A DNA stretch of 64,000 nucleotides from Microthyrium microscopicum (GCA_010405405.1 MU004236.1:1370070-1434069); one strand, 5' to 3'. Numbered from the stretch's first letter, positions 23,056 through 36,302 are shown. Made by a program: numbers and translations. Notes: a model not told the origin generated them from the letters alone.

Positions 23056-26000
23056 ATGGCCGGACCTACGTTGAGGCCAAGGGCTTCGCTTTGGCAATGG
23101 GTCATTTTACTACTCTCTTCATATGCTCTTGCTGCACCCCAGTACCAAGAACCAAACGCTTTAATAGCCGCAAGACAACCGCAAATCACCCCTGCGCCTG
23201 ATAAGCGTCGTGTCCACCAGAAGCTTGGCCTGCACAAAAGAGATCAAGTCTGGGTTGGATCTTGGACCTCATTGGGCTGCATCCAGAACACTTATGGGAA
23301 TATGGCGCCATTGAGTCCCATTGATTCTGTACTTCACACACCAGGACCAGACGGGGATGTAGCTACCACGGTCTATGACCATGACTTAGTGGTCCCGGAA
23401 TACTGTCAAAGCGTTTGCCAGCAGTACTTCTTCACTTATTGTGCCGCTCAGGAAGGAGGGAATTGCTACGGAGGCAATGACTTCAACTCTGGTATCCAAA
23501 GTCTTGCTACCGCTGTCGACGGCACCTGTGATAGTTACGATTGTGCTGGAGACCCCCAACGGAAATGTGGGGATCATTTTAATGCAGTCTTCTACTCATT
23601 CGATGGAGTTCACACGCCTAATCTGACTTCCACCACGGGTTGGCAAGAAGTTGGTTGCTTCACTGCCAGTGGCAATCCCAACGACGTAGGTCACGTCTTG
23701 GATGGGCCAAGCACCTTAGGTCAACCGATGGATGCTTCAATCTGCGCTAGCTTTGCCAGCTCCCTCAACGTCAACGGTGACCCAGGCACTGCTGGATCAA
23801 TCTCTTATTTCAATCTCAACTATCAGCAGGAATGCACCGTAGGATCATCCCAAGTTCTTCCACTATATCAGACTCAGGTTCATAGTCTTTATTGCAGTCT
23901 CGGCTGTTTCACGGCAGGTAACAATGTTAGCTTCGCAACAGATGGATCATACCAAGGCGACTATTGTGGTGGACCTAACTTCAGAATGAATCTTTACACT
24001 TACTTATCGGCACCTGGAACAGGTAAGTCTTCTTATCGTTTCTCAATTTCCTCCATTTCATCGCATCATCTCGATGTTCCCGCTTTCAAAAGACAAGTAG
24101 GGGCAACCTCTGTAACCTGTAACGCTTTTTGTCCATCAGGGACAGTTACAGCGTCTGCTCCTAACTGTCTTTTAAATGCGGACAACAGCAAATGCTGGAA
24201 AGCATATTTTGTGTCATGCACCAATATCCTCAACATGGCCGGATATACTACATATCCCATTTCCTACGTGTGTCCTAGCTCTACTGCATCTGCATCCTTC
24301 TCCATTTCTCCTACATCTTCGCGTCCGTCCTCTTCTTCTTCTCCCGTTGCTTCAAGTTCTTTACCCTCTTCTTCTGTGATTTCTTCAAGTTCGCGGTCAA
24401 CTTCTGTCATATCCAGCTTTTTGTCATCCTTATCGGTTGCCTCGTCGAGTTTGCGAGCATCGTCTTCTATACCTTCAAGCTCTTCTCCTCCCTTGAGCTC
24501 TTTCATATCTTCCAGTGTTTCCATAACTGCGAGCTCTTCCGTCCCTCAGAGCTCGTCTACTCTTCCAAGCCTTTCTGTTTCTGCAAGCTCTATTCCTTTT
24601 TCTTCTATTTCTTCTTCGCTGGGTACTAGTGCACCAAGCTCCAGCTTGGTCTCCTCTTTGCCATTGTCTTCGTCATCGGCATCGCCATCAGCATCATTAT
24701 TAGCATCACCCCCAGCAAGTTCGTCGGCATCAATGTCAGCTTCCGCACCGGTATCTGCTTCGATATCAGCTTCGGCATCTACTGTGATATCAGCTTCGGT
24801 ATCAGCTTCGGCATCGGCTTCGATGTCAGCGTCAACATCAGTTCTGGTCTCGGTATCAGCATCGACACCGATGCCACAGGTTTCGAGCTCTCTGATGACC
24901 AGCCCCCCGGCGAGTTCGAGTGTAACAACATCCATCGGAGGATCCTATACTCTCGGATCCGCGAGCAGTCCTCTAGCCTCATCTCCAATACTGGTATCTT
25001 CGTCAGTTCAAAGCTCTCTCCCAGGCACATCAAGCCTGGCTTTGGTTTCAATCTTAAGCTCTACTGGAAGCTCGTCCACATCATGGATAACACTCATCTC
25101 TCAACCTGTTTCTACCGCAACGACTTCATACCAGACTGAAAATTCTGCCCTCGGCTCTTCCAGTGTTGCTTTGAGCTCTAGCTTACCTGTACCGACTGGA
25201 AGCTCGTCAGTTTTGGGATTGACCGGCAGCTCCCATATGTCATCTCCTATGATGTCTACGTCTCTTTTGGTGTTTTCATCTTCTTTGATGTCTTCATCAC
25301 CATTTCCCACTGGAACTTCGTCGGTTTTAGGTATGACAAGTAGTCTCCAGGAATCGTCTGCCGTAGTATCTTCGTCACAGCTTCCGAGTTTATCAGCCGC
25401 TTCTTCAAGCCAGGCTTTGAGCCCGAGCCTGCTTTCGACTATTGGAAGTAGCTTTTCATCCGGAGCATCAAGCACTTCCCAAACGCCGTCTGCAATATTG
25501 GCTTCATCATCACAAGGGCAAAGCCCCGTGCTTGTTACCTCGAATGTCGTTGTTGTCTCGAACCAGGTCCCATCAAGTGGTAGTTCCCTAGCTTCGGGTT
25601 CGACATGGACTTCATCACAGGGTGAAGGCTCTATTCTTTCTTCCAGCATAGCCTTGACATCAAGCTACCATATGCCCGGTATTAGTAACATGGCTTCATC
25701 TTCACCTCTAGAACCATCTTCAGTGGTCTTGTATAGTTCAGCTCTGTCTTCGAGCACCCTTTTGGCTTCGAGCAACCTTCCGGCGTCGAGTGCCCTTCCA
25801 GCTTTTAGTACCCTTCCAGCTTCGAGTAGTCTTCCGGCTTCGAGCAGTCTTCCGGCTTCGAGTAGTCTTCCGGCTTCGAATAGTCTTCCGGCTTCGAATA
25901 GTCTTCCGGCTTCGAGCACCTTTCTGGCTTCGAGCACCTTTCTGGCAAGTGGCAACTCCGTGGCTGTCTCTACAACTCCGTTATCGTCTTCAGCCATGTC

Positions 26001-29000
26001 ATCTTTGGCGTCTTTGACCTCCGGCTTTCTTTCACCTAGTGGCGGCTCTTTGACTCTTTCCGAAATAGCACCATCATTCTCGGCTGCCTCAAGTTTGTTC
26101 TACTCAAGTAGTAGTTTTGTAGTACCGCCAACAACTTTGACAGCATCCACATATGTGCCAGTCATGAGCTCCGTTGGTTCCTTGACCAGTGTAGAGAGTA
26201 CCACCTTCTTCAGCGTGGTCTCCAGTGTACAGCATACCTCCGTACCTTCCGGGTCTATCATTGAATCTTCAATTTCGAGCTTTGTTGCTACGAGCAGCAG
26301 TGCTCTTCCACAGCTCTCGAATCCTTCTGACGACGCAGCGGCTACTCCATTGCCATCGTCTATGAGCTATCTTGAGATCGTGGGGAGCAGTAGTGTACTT
26401 ACCCTGCTGAGCACGCAACCGGCTACGTCCAGCCTAGGCATGTCGGAAATGTCATCAAGCTTCAGTCAAATCTTACTCGCAGGCAGCAGCAGCGTTCTAC
26501 CATCCAGTAGTGTCGCAATTTCTTCGGAGTTCACGATGCCATTCACATCACCGAGTACAACTGGAGGACCTCTTGCCTTGTTGTCATCGAGTCTAGTGAT
26601 GTCCTCCAGTTCGCCAGTGGTTTCAGTGTCCGGTCCAACGTCATCGCATGCTGAGCCTAGCTCATCTTTGGAGACCTCCAGCTATGTAGATGTAGTGGCC
26701 AGTACAAACTTGGTAATATCGTCAACACTGGAATCTTCGTTAATACCCGGAAGCTCTGAACAGTCTCTCTCGTCCTATTCTCCGACGGAAACCTCAAGCT
26801 TAGTGGTTTTGAGTCCTACTTCAGTCGACTCATCCGCAATAACGAGCCCCTCTGCCTCTCAAGCTTCCATTAGCTTCACTGCCATAGTTCCATTAGTCAG
26901 TTCTGCGCTGACGACTTCCGAGAACCCTTCGATGTTACCTGTGTCGACTGGGAGCATGATGCCCGCAAAGTCAGATTTTGAATCTAGCAGTTTTGTGGGT
27001 ATCCATGCTTTGAGTAGCACAATCTTGATATTTGGTTCTGACAGCTCGATTGAACCCTCTGGCGACACCTCATCCATGATTTCTATTGATATATCGACCA
27101 CAGCCGGCTTGGTGTTGAGTGGTGCAAGCACTACATCTTCAATCCCAGATATATCAGTGCCGTCTACCTTAAGCGATTCCGGTTCTCCGTCGCCATCGCT
27201 GTCTGGCACAGTTGCAACAACGTCAGAATCAGCCTCACAACTGCTGCCACTGTCTAGCCTTGCCGAATTGCCATCGTCTGTTGAGAATCCATCAGACACG
27301 ACCACTTCAAGTCCTCCATCGACTCCACTTGCAACGCCAAACGAGCTATCAACAGCCCTCCTCGAAAGCATGCCACCCATCAGCACGCAACTGGTAGTGC
27401 CAACATCGGTGTCGAGCCTTTCGTTTGACACCCTTACTGTCCAGTTGACTGCCACATCTGAGGCTAATCTGGTCCTAAGTTCGCTTAATGAAGTCGCTTC
27501 CCCATCAAGCGGCATCCTTACCTCGGTCACAGATTTGTCGAGCATCTTTCTGGAGACAGTTTTGGCTTCAGAACCTAGCCTCTCAACTTCCAGTGTGGTA
27601 TCAACCAATTCTGTGTCTGTCGACTCCGTGGTTCTTATGTCTTTAATAGTGCCATCTGAAAGCGGTATATCCTCATTTGCCTCGACAGCGAGCATTGTAC
27701 TCTCTCTTGCTGGCCCTGAAACTACGTCGAGTCTTGTTCCACCGATCTTATCAAGCATTAGTGTTTTGGATGAGGCAAGTAGTGAGAGTTCAGTTCACTA
27801 TTCAATGTCGTCTTCCGACGGCTTATCTGCGGCAGGCTCTGCAGAAGCTAGCATTTCAGATATCAGTGAGAGGTCGACCAGTGCAGAGCTATCAGCAATC
27901 ACCAGCTCTATCCTAGTCACCGTCTCGGAAAGGAGCAGCACCGAAGAGGCCAGTGGCTCTTTAACTTTCAACTCTCTGCAACCGACTGAACTTTTAGCCT
28001 CAGTTCTGAGTTCTTCGGAAGCGGAGGTTGGCGAGTCATCGGCTAGCGAACAGACTTCAGCGATTACCAGCTCTACGATGGTCACCGGTTTAGAGATTAC
28101 TGGTACCCAAGAGGCTAGTAGCTCTGTGGCATCATCCTCTCTTCTATCAATCGATGTATTAGCTTCGGTTCTGAGCTTTGTCTCCCTTGAAGTGACGCTC
28201 ACGAGCCAGCTTAGTTCCCTGACCGCCACTTCACAATCAAGTGGCTCCACAATGGACTCCGACCTGTCGTCGTTTTCGTCAACGAGAAACACCGCCGTTC
28301 GAAACCCGCATAATCAACCACTAGTTGTCGCCCAGGACTCGTCTCAATCTGATACAGGCATCAATTCCCCTCCAGAGTCATCATATGAAATCAGTACTGG
28401 GTCGCCCTCGACGGCTACTATTACTTTCATAACGTCCGTCAGTGTGCAGCCAGAGACGCTGTCCGCGAGTTCGGCCTCGATTGCGTCAATATCAACTCAT
28501 GGAACCGATGCAGCTTTCAGTGCTTCAGCCAGTACAAACTCTGTGTCCATCCTTACAACTGATGTTGCTTCGTCGAGCGATATGCCGATGCAGTTTACCT
28601 CCGTTACAATTCAAGTGTCGTCAAACTCGGACAACTTCCAGGCCTCAATCTCTGAAGCCACTTCCGCTCTAGGAGACACGACATTGACCTTGAGTATTGC
28701 GAGCTCGGCTCCTGAATTGATGTCGTCTGTGTTGACACTCTCAGCCGAGGCGGTTACTTCCGAAGCGTCTTTGTTGACAAGTCGGACATTACTCGGCGAA
28801 GTCTCTTCACCGAGTTTATCTTCTGACGCTGCTACACTGACGGCTAGACAACCGACTTCTAGTGTGTCATTGAACATAGACTTGGAGCTATTGACCTCTA
28901 CTATGCTCACATCCACGACGACAGTTTTTGGCTACGACGGCACTGAGCCGTACAGTAGTAGTGCTGAAGCGTCTATCAGGGGGTCATTGAACAGTAATGA

Positions 29001-32000
29001 CGATGTTTCGTACACGTCTGAGTTCGGAACATCGTCTTCCGATTTGACCTTTATGACCTCTGAGCTCCTCAGTCAGGCTCAGCCAAATGATACATCTATC
29101 ATGTCGATTCTTTCAGCCACGGATTGGTTGTCTGCTGAATCCTCTACGATCATTGAGTTTACCAGAACTCTATCCACTCTTTGGACAGAGACCGATGATT
29201 TTACCACTCTAACGAGCGCGAATACTGGTCTGGAGTCCTCAACGTTCATCACATCTGTTGAGTCATCGACTGCTCCTCTTGATTCCATGGCTACAAGCAT
29301 GATGACCGTCCAGACTTCGGCTGACACTGCCAGCGAGTCGAACTTGTCAGGTTCGTCTTCTGTGGAGACACCTTTTTCCAGCTTATCCGACTTGCGCAGT
29401 GGAACTTCCTCAGATGATGGCTCGGTGCTGCCCACTAGTACGACGAGTCTGGGTGCTTCCACTTCTACCGATCTATTGTCGGCTTTGTCTGTCTCTACTG
29501 CCGATTCAGCTTCTTCTGTCGAACTTCCGCCGACCAGTTTCTTCTCACCAAGTGCTGCTTCAACGGCATCATCATTTGAGACCTCTTTTACGAAAAGTAG
29601 TGACTCTTCTGGAAGTTCATCTCTGATGTCCACGTTCGATAGCGAGGCGTCGTCCGCGATTTCTCCGTCCGGGGACCTTCTCATGATTTCCTTGATAGAG
29701 ACATCCCCAACGGTGCTCTCTGATACCTCAACGATCGCTTCATTTTCTGCGACCCCCCCAGATGTGCCATCTATCACATTGTGGTCCTCTGGATTGTCCA
29801 CAACATCGCAACTGTCTGAGATATCTTCCACGCTAATATCTCAGATCTCGTCAAGCATAAGTGCTGCTTCTTTATTAGAGCTGTCCTCTGCAACATCTTC
29901 CGAGATCACTCTAGAGTCTACGGCAGGACAAAGTTCGACATCAGCTAGCCAGAATACAAATGCTGGCTCATTCCTCATCTCGTCTTTGTCGCTGTCGACG
30001 ACGAGTAGTGCCACCGACATGATAGTGTCCACCTCAGAAAAACCTGATTCCTCTGAATCCACAGGAACAACAGAATTAGGCTCCACAAAATTCTCAACAT
30101 CTCTTAATTCAGTGGCTTTCTCGGTATCGCCTAGCCAAGAGACAACGTTCTCGACATCTACTCTTCGTTTGAGTCCTGGGGACTCGATTACGTCCTCATC
30201 TTACCCTGAAATCATATCAAGCTCTTCACGCATTTCGTCTCTAGATGATTCTATCCTGAGATCGGCTTTCGCTAGTTCTGGCAGCAGTAGCAGCGAGGAT
30301 ATATCGGGATGGTCGTCGTTCTCGCCAGGTGCTAGTGGCGTTAGCTTATCGACGTTTCCTTCCCGCTCTGAGATTAGCTCGCTCAGCGTTCTTAGTTCTT
30401 CCAGCGATGTTGTCAGCTCGTCTGAAGTCTCCATGAGTGCTCCTCTAACTTCAACTGATGTTAGTTCATTCGAACCCAACTCAAGTGTGGCACCATCGAG
30501 CTCCGGTACTGAGTTGTCTAGCACTGTGACAACTTCATCCGAAGCCAGTGCATCTGCTGCGGTAGCAAGCTCTGATGTTGCTTCTGCGATCAACTCAACA
30601 AGTCCTTTGACTTCTTCATTTTTTGAGGGCAGCTCTTCGCCAACCAGTGCCACGATTTCAACAGTACTGGATTTCAGCCCATCTTATCTACCAAGCAGCT
30701 CTGACACTAGCTTGTCTACGAGCTCTATGGTGTCTTCAACCCTCGACATCAGCAGTTCTAGCAGTTTAAGCAGCTCCGAAGTCACTATCCATAGCAGCAC
30801 TTCTCAAGCTGCTACTAGCTCGGTGCTACCTACAAGCTCCGAGCTTGATTCTTCGTCTTGGTCTAGCATCGAGACGCAGACTGTTGTATTTGACTCCTCG
30901 GCTCCACTCGAGAGTACTAGTACAGGCAACTTGCCACCATATTCATATTCCTCTGCGGCCAATACTACCCAAAGTCTAGCGAAGACTTCAGGATCCTCCG
31001 AAATCATAGCTTCTGTGTCAATACTGTCAACCTCGATTTCTTCTTTTTCTGCTGTTATATTTTCGTCCAATACAGAAACACATATCTCGTCAATCGAATC
31101 CACTGTGGCAGGATTGAGCACCAGCAGCCTGATCTCAAGTCTGCCATTTTCTTCCCTAGATTCAAGCATGAACCTTACCTATGCATTGTCGACTGGAACA
31201 TCTTCCATAGACAATGCCGTCAGCTCATCTGAATCTAGTACGGGATCGAGTTCGAAGAACGGAAACCCTCGTTTCTCTGTCCTCGCCCATGGCATTGGGG
31301 TTCAGCAGCCTGCCCTCAGTTCTGCCATGTCGACAACAGGATTCAGTCTCGAAAGCGTCACATCTTCCAACTCGAGGAGTGTAGCTGTTAATCCATCTTC
31401 GAGTTTCGAAACTCGTACAAGTAGCGAGTCGCAGATTTCTCCGAGTACAGATACTCCGATATCTCCTGCGACTTCTACGATGGCAGACAGCTCATCTGCA
31501 GAAACCCAGTCTGTACCTGCATCCACGTTCACAACGATGTTTCATGTCACTACACAATCATCAACTACCACTTCAACTGCTCTGAACATATTTTCCTCAT
31601 CCAGCACATACTCTGCCTCAATCCCAACAGCATCCAGTTTAGAATCCTCAACTAATACAGCCACACCAGTTTCCGCAACCGTCACGACGTCCAGTCTGCC
31701 AGATAGCTCAACCGTAACAAGTTCAGATGCGTCCTTGCCAACGTCCTCAGGTAAGTCTATTCTCTTGTATTCTCCTGCCCAATATCCCCAATATCCCAAC
31801 ATCCTTTGTTTCAGCAAATTCGCCATCAGCATCCCTTACATCGTCTTCAGCGGACTCGAGTTCCAGCTCCGAGGATTCCAGCTCCATTACTTCCTCCGAC
31901 ACTAGCACTGCTACCAGCTCGGATATCACATCAAGCGTAACTTCCTCCGACGTCAGCACTGCTACCAGTTCGGATATCACATCAAGCGCAACTTCCTCCG

Positions 32001-35000
32001 ACGTGAGCTCTGATTCTAGCTCCGACATCATATCGAGCGCTACAACTTCCTCCGACGTAAGCTCTGATTCTAGCTCCGACATTACGTCAAGCGCCACTTC
32101 CTCCGACGTGAGCTCTGATTCTAGCTCCGACATCACATCGAGCGCTACAACTTCCTCTGATGTTAGCTCTACCAGTTCGGATATCACATCAAGCGCAACA
32201 TCCTCCGACATGAGCTCTGATTCTAGCTCCGATGTCACATCGAGCGCAACATCCTCGGACGTGAGCTCTGATTCTAGCTCTGATATTACATCGAGCGCAA
32301 CATCCTCCGACGTCAGCTCTACTAGCTCCGACATGACATCGAGCGCAACATCGTCCGACGTGAGCTCTGATTCTAGCTCCGATATGACATCGAGCGCAAC
32401 ATCCTCCGACGTCAGCTCCACTAGCTCCGACATGACATCGAGCGCAACATCGTCCGACGTGAGCTCTGATTCTAGCTCCGATATGACATCGAGCGCAACA
32501 TCCTCTGATGTTAGCTCTACTAGCTCCGATATGACATCGAGCGCAACATCGTCCGACGTGAGCTCTGATTCTAGCTCCGATATTACATCGAGCGCAACAT
32601 CCTCTGATGTTAGCTCTACCAGTTCGGATTTCACATCAAGCACAACATCATCCGATGTCAGCTCTACTAGTTCGGATATCACATCAAGCGCAACATCGTC
32701 CGACGTGAGCTCTACTAGTTCAGATATCACATCGAGCGCAGCAGCATCTTCAAGCTCCGATATTAGTTCTACGATTCCAAGCAGTACAGCAACCAGCAGC
32801 TTGGATATCAGCAGTTCCTCGAGTGTTTCCTCTTCTTTATCGTCATCTGATGTGACTGGCTCAGCGTCTTTGTCCAGCTCAGCCACTTCTTCCGATCTTT
32901 CAAGCTCAACAACCAGCATAGCAACCGCTACCAGTTCTGTTACATCCTCAGATGTGTCCAGCTCACTCACAAGCTCGGCACTTCCAAGTTCTTCAGACTC
33001 TTCAAGCCTCCCTTCTAACACGGTGTCTTCAGCGCTATCTTCAGCGACTAGCTCTGCAGCGTCGTCTTTACCAAGCAGCTCAAGCAGCATTCTCACAAGC
33101 TCCGCTACTAGCTCCGAAGTCTCAAGCTCCACAAGTTCTGGTATCTCAAGTTCCATCACTAGCTCCGCCACAAGCTCAGCTGTCACGAGTTCTGCTATCT
33201 CAAGCTCTCCGAGCCCGTCTGCTTCTATCTCGAGTTCAGTCGCAGCATCTTCGTCCTCAGGCGTCAGCTCCAGTCCATCCGCCGCTGCCTCGAGTTCGAT
33301 TGCAGCATCTTCGTCCGTAGGGGTCAGCTCAAGTCCATCTGCTTCCATCTCGAGTTCAATCGCAGCTTCTTCGTCAGTAGGGGTCAGCCCCAGTCCATCT
33401 GCCTCCATCTCGAGTTCGATTGCAGCGTCTTCGTCCGTAGGGGTCAGCTCCAGTCCATCTGCCTCCATCTCGAGTTCAATTCCAGCTTCTTCGTCCATCG
33501 GCGTCAGCTCCAGTCTATCAGCTCCTGTCTCGACTTCAGCTCCAGGCTCTTCAACGACATCCTCTCAGTTCTCGTCTCCAGTCGTTGTCGCGTCGTCGTC
33601 AATTGCATCGACTAGCGTGCTGACGAGCACTTCTTCAGGTTCCCCAAGCGCAAGCGTTGTATCGTCCAGTATTATATCATCTTCCTCGCTTGTATCCCCA
33701 TCCCCGAGCGTGATATCGTCAAGCGTTGTCGCATCATCATCAAGCATGATGGCCTCTCCTTCAGCATCATCCGGTACGTAATTGACGGGAAATTTATCCT
33801 GAGCCCCTTGCATCGGATGCGCTGAGCGCAAAAATCATGGATCTGTACTGACGTCCTTTAGCTCAATTAAGCAGCATCGCTTCGAGCCCAATCGCTTCTA
33901 GTGTAGTCTCTTCTGTTGCTGAATCATCTAGCTTGGCGACTTCGTCCCTGGCATCAAGCCCTGTGGTTTCCAGCTCTTTGGCTCCAAGTCCCTCGCCACA
34001 ATTAAGCTCAAGTCCCATTGTCAGCCCATCTTCTAGCCTGGTGGCAAGCAGTCCAGTCGCGAGCAGCTCAGTTGCAAGCAGCCCAGTCGCCAGTAGCCCG
34101 GTTGCCAGTAGCCCGGTTGCCAGTAGCCCGGTTGCCAGTAGCCCGGTTGCCAGTAGCCCGGTTGCCAGTAGCCCGGTTGCCAGTAGCCTAGTCGCCAGCA
34201 GCCCAGTTGCCAGTAGCTCAGACACCAGTAGCTCAGCAGCGAGCAGCGAGCAGGTATCCAGTCCTGTGGCAAGCAGTCCAGTTGCCAGCAGCCCAGTCGC
34301 CAGTAGCCTAGTCGCCAGCAGCCCAGTTGCCAGTAGCGAAGACACCAGTAGCTCAGCAGCGAGCAGCGAGCAGGTATCCAGCCCCGTGGCAAGCAGTCCA
34401 GCTGGTGTCTCCAGCTCCGCGGGAATATCAAGCAGTCCGATGGCAGTATCTAGTACTCCTAGTTCACCGACAAGTAATGAACAACCACCACCTAGCATTG
34501 GATCCATCAGCGTAATCATCGAGTCCTCGCCGACTCCGACATCCACCATAAGCTCATCAACAGTGGATCAATCGGCCGTTGATACAGCCTTTTCCTCAGC
34601 CACTACTGATGGACCTGTCTCAGTTATTGCTGGTAGTGCAGGCCCAACTCTGTAAGTTTCCATCTTCAATGCTTTGCAGGAGTCTTTAGCTAATATTTTC
34701 TGCAGTGGATTCTCTCCTACCGACGGCGCTACCACAGCCGCTGCAACTGTCGCTATTCCTGATGAAGTACCAACTACTCAACCAGCAAGCTTCCAAGGTC
34801 TATTGACCATAGTTGGTTTGAATACTCCAGCTAGCGCAGCGCCGACTGTAAGCGCAACGCAAACTTCCACCGAGGCGCCAGCTTCAAGCGTACAGCCAGT
34901 AAAGAAGCGTGAGGCGGCTGTTCACAATGTGGTCGCCAAAAAGCAGCAAGTCGCTAAAGCGCGACGAGCTGTTGACAAGGCTGCACAGTTTGTGGCTAGA

Positions 35001-35684
35001 GCCGTCATCGACCAGCTTGCCAAGAGGCAAAATGGACCTGGACAAGACCCAACCCATTGCTACTTCCTCATCCTGGTCGACAATGTGACTGTGTATGAGT
35101 TGGACTTGAACACTGTCACAGTTGGTGATCCGGTCGCCTTCAACACGTCAAGTTTCACGCCTGATGACAACTCGACCTCCGTTTTCGAAGAAAGCTGTCC
35201 ACCAGGTGTGCCGTATCCAGTCTTGAACGTCGCCAATCTACAACTCGTTAGTGGTCCCGCGGCGCCAAACGTGACCGATGTCTCTTCCACTCTAAGCAGC
35301 GATATTTCTACGCTCAGCGTCGATGCATCTTCCCCGATAAGCATTGCAGTCTCATCTCCGCTAAGCACCGATTCCGCGGTCATTAGTGGGCCAAGCATAA
35401 GCATTGGAAGCATAAGCGTGATCATAAACTCTGGAAGCGGCTCATTATCTGGATTCTCTACGGTTCCATCTTCTATACCGGCGTCGGTCTCTGCATCCCC
35501 TGGCCCATCGCTATCCACTGCGAGCTTTGATCCCTCCTCAAGCGCCTTGAGTCAGCTCTCTTCGGTGATGGCCTCGTCAACGTCCATGTGCCAACAGGTA
35601 TATGCCTATACGACAGTTACTGTCACGTCATACTCGACCATCTCGCCAGACCAGGTATCGTTGTATTCCAGCGTCATCATGTAG
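23056..35684 (+). CDS. Giant secreted WSC-domain Ser/Thr-rich mucin/adhesin-like protein (~4,140 aa)
   Basis: Signal peptide MAGPTLRPRASLWQWVILLLSSYALA and two WSC-like Cys modules (WTSLGC...YCQSVC...CYGG...CAGDPQRKCG; WQEVGCF...CASFA...ECTVG...C...C...YCGG). Introns 31751-31814, 33774-33861 and 34652-34705 join four ORFs in frame. There is a possible additional in-frame intron at 24023-24100. Confidence 0.85.
25759..25947 (+). repeat. Coding 18-bp tandem repeat (LPASSS-type), about 10 units
   Basis: cttccggcttcgagtagt, cttccggcttcgaatagt and tttctggcttcgagcacc units are visible. Confidence 0.9.
31880..32770 (+). repeat. Coding 42-48-bp tandem repeat (SSDITSSATSSDVSS[D/T])
   Basis: Recurrent tctagctccgat/acatcgagcgcaacatc/tccgacgtgagctctgat units. 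Two alternating unit types form higher-order pairs. Confidence 0.9.
33200..33515 (+). repeat. Coding 60-bp tandem repeat (SSPSASISSSIAASSSVGVS), about 5 units
   Basis: Successive 60-nt lines 33241-33481 align in register (..gcagc.tcttcgtc.gtagg.gtcagctc.agtccatct...tcgagttc.at). Confidence 0.9.
34040..34400 (+). repeat. Coding 15-bp tandem repeat (SSPVA) with a 120-bp higher-order duplication
   Basis: Perfect gccagtagcccggtt copies at ~34088-34180. Lines 34201-34260 and 34321-34380 are nearly identical. Confidence 0.9.
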
Positions 35685-36302
35685 GCAGGATTGTGCTTGT
35701 AGTAAGTAGTGGACGACGAGACAAAATATGGCCGCAAACTTGTGTGGATTTTGTGATTTTTGGTAATGATTAGGTAGACGTGTAGGCATGCATAATTTCA
35801 TAATTGACGGATTCAGTATTTCTTGAGTCAAGTTCCAGCTTTGCCGTGCTTGTGAAAATGATAGAGAGCTCAACTTCATGAACAGGTCGGTATCCTGCCA
35901 AAATTGCGGACAAGAAGAAATACCGCTCTGGGTGACTATGGTAAGTCACTGCTATTTGAAATTGGGAGCATATAAAGATTAGCAATAGATCAACCGCAGA
36001 TGATTCCTAGAAGCCGCATCTTGATGGATTTCATTGCTCATTGAGCGATTGAGGTGAAGGAAGAGGTCTACCCTAGCCCTAGACAAACAGGGGTCACCCA
36101 AGTTACTGCCCCTTGCACTAGTTCTACCCCAAAATGCTTGCATGTGAGCCTCAACAAAACAACATCAAGCTCCCACCTCTGGCATCGCGTCTCGTTATTC
36201 AGTATCACAAACTCGTCCCGCATTCCGCCAAATTACTGTCTCACATACGCCGATTCTACAGTACCATACGAAGAGGATGCGCTTCTCTCCACGCTTGCAA
36301 CC

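Noticed and set aside
31880..32770. Regularly spaced repeats as a possible CRISPR array
   Set aside because: Eukaryotic context, contiguous in-frame coding units, no unique spacers and no cas genes.
31747..33498. 583-aa antisense ORF (and other minus-strand ORFs across 24-35.5 kb)
   Set aside because: Shadow frames of Ser-rich repetitive codons. The plus strand has the signal peptide, domains and splice sites.
34033..34431. Minus-strand ORF with WQPGY repeats resembling a pheromone or peptide precursor
   Set aside because: It is the reverse reading of the 15-bp SSPVA repeat, with no signal peptide or processing sites.
36054..36302. N-terminal extensions in the ORF track (also 10698-10826, 21439-21645, 22984-23055)
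   Set aside because: They start at non-ATG or poorly supported codons. The domains or signal peptides begin at the downstream ATGs.
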